Shown one piece after another: positions 62,945-64,000 of a stretch of DNA of 64,000 bases. Source of the stretch: Hemiscyllium ocellatum (taxonomy: Eukaryota); assembly GCF_020745735.1 (NCBI RefSeq), contig NC_083421.1:38679001-38743000 (forward strand). The letters run 5' to 3'. The notes beneath the pieces were generated by a model. That model did not search any database, was not told the origin of the DNA, and saw only the letters and a program-made list of their open reading frames with translations. How positions within the stretch are numbered: the stretch's first letter is position 1; every line of letters begins with the position of its first letter. A program made the translations under genes and the position numbers.

Positions 62945-64000
62945 AGATGAATGAAACTAGATGGGCCACCTGGCATCAGGTAAGGCACTGCAAACGACAT
63001 TGACAAACTCAGATCCGTCAACCCTACAAAGTCCTCCTTGCCAATTTGGGAGCTGGTGCCGAAATTGAGAGAGCTGTCTCACAAACTAGCCAAGCAACAA
63101 CCTGGTGTGGTTCCACTCACAGAATTATACCTAATACACAAAGTCCCATCACTGTCCCTGAAAATGCCCTGTCCCACTCGTAAGTGCTAGAGGAAGGAAT
63201 TGCCCTTGGAGTTCTTAATATTGACTCCAGACCACATCAGATCATACACTGGCAAGATTACATGTACCATCTACCCACTCAGTTGATGAATCAGTGCTCT
63301 TTCATGGTGAACAACACTTTGCGAAGTACTGAGGGTGGCAAGGGCCCAGGATGTGTTCTGTTCAATGTCCATCATCAAGGGTGATTCAGCAACTACTGAC
63401 TGAGCTGGTCAAGTCCTGAAGGACATAGGAGGTCTGTTGCAGGTTCTGAGAGAGCCAGCATGAGACAAAAACATACGTGACCTCATGCTCACTAATCTGC
63501 CTGCCATAGCTACATCAGATGTAGTGAATGTGTAAGAATGACTGCTGCACAGTCCTTGTGCAAGCAAGGTGCTAACTGGGATAAACCGTGAACAGATCCA
63601 GCAGCCATGAGATGCTGGGTGTCATCAGCAGCAGCAAAATCGTACTCCACACTATATGCAACTTCATGGCTCATCATAAACTCCACTCTACCATCACATC
63701 AAGCTGGGAGATCAACTCTGGTTCAATGAAAAATGCAGGGGTTTATTCCAGAAGCAGCATTCAAAAGAGGCATCAACCTGGTGAAGATGCATAATAGGAT
63801 TACTTGTGTAGCAAGCAGCTTAAACAGCAAGTGATAGACATGGATAAGTGATCCAACAACCAACAGATTGAATTAAACCTTTACATATCTAGCTATGAAT
63901 GATGGTGGGCAGTTAAACAACCCACAGAGGAGAATGGTCTGCACACATCTCCATCCTCGATGATGGAGTGCCCAGTAAAAGATAAGGCCAAAGCAACAGA
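62945..64000 (+). mobile_element. L2/CR1-group LINE 5' portion, APE endonuclease pseudogene (runs off window)
   Basis: KVLLAN/IWELVPKLRELSHKLAKQQPGVVPLTELYL (NxxGL..PDIVxLTE), FNVHHQ, QVLREPA*DKNIRDLMLTN (PTR..LDL). Confidence 0.8.

Overview
Eukaryotic, CpG-depleted, AT-rich vertebrate DNA, almost certainly from a shark. The identification rests on HE1-type SINEs with their CR1/HER1-type partner LINEs and on SacSINE1/DeuSINE-like copies. I find no host protein-coding exon I can support, so the window looks intronic or intergenic and is largely a nest of transposon fossils. It contains many CR1 fragments (one young, 44.6-46.6 kb) and two Rex1/Babar LINEs. It also contains three Penelope GIY-YIG retroelements with hammerhead-ribozyme (HHR) motifs and a scattered set of short ORF-less palindromic HHR elements that share the Penelope insertion signature. 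Further fossils are a Gmr1-type Gypsy (integrase before RT, with an inverted SCAN-like gag piece), a very decayed Ty1/copia RT-RNaseH mostly missed by the ORF track, PIF/Harbinger transposase and Myb remnants, Tc2- and Tigger-like MITEs, and a 46-bp minisatellite inside a Rex1-tailed non-autonomous element. The most unusual inference is at 60.4-64 kb. Once a nested Rex1 is removed, a LINE endonuclease ORF is preceded directly by a tRNA/Deu-SINE-like head in a twin-priming (5'-inverted) arrangement, suggesting the local DeuSINE is an internally deleted form of this LINE. All family assignments are by eye from motifs; no database searches were run, and boundaries of decayed copies are approximate.
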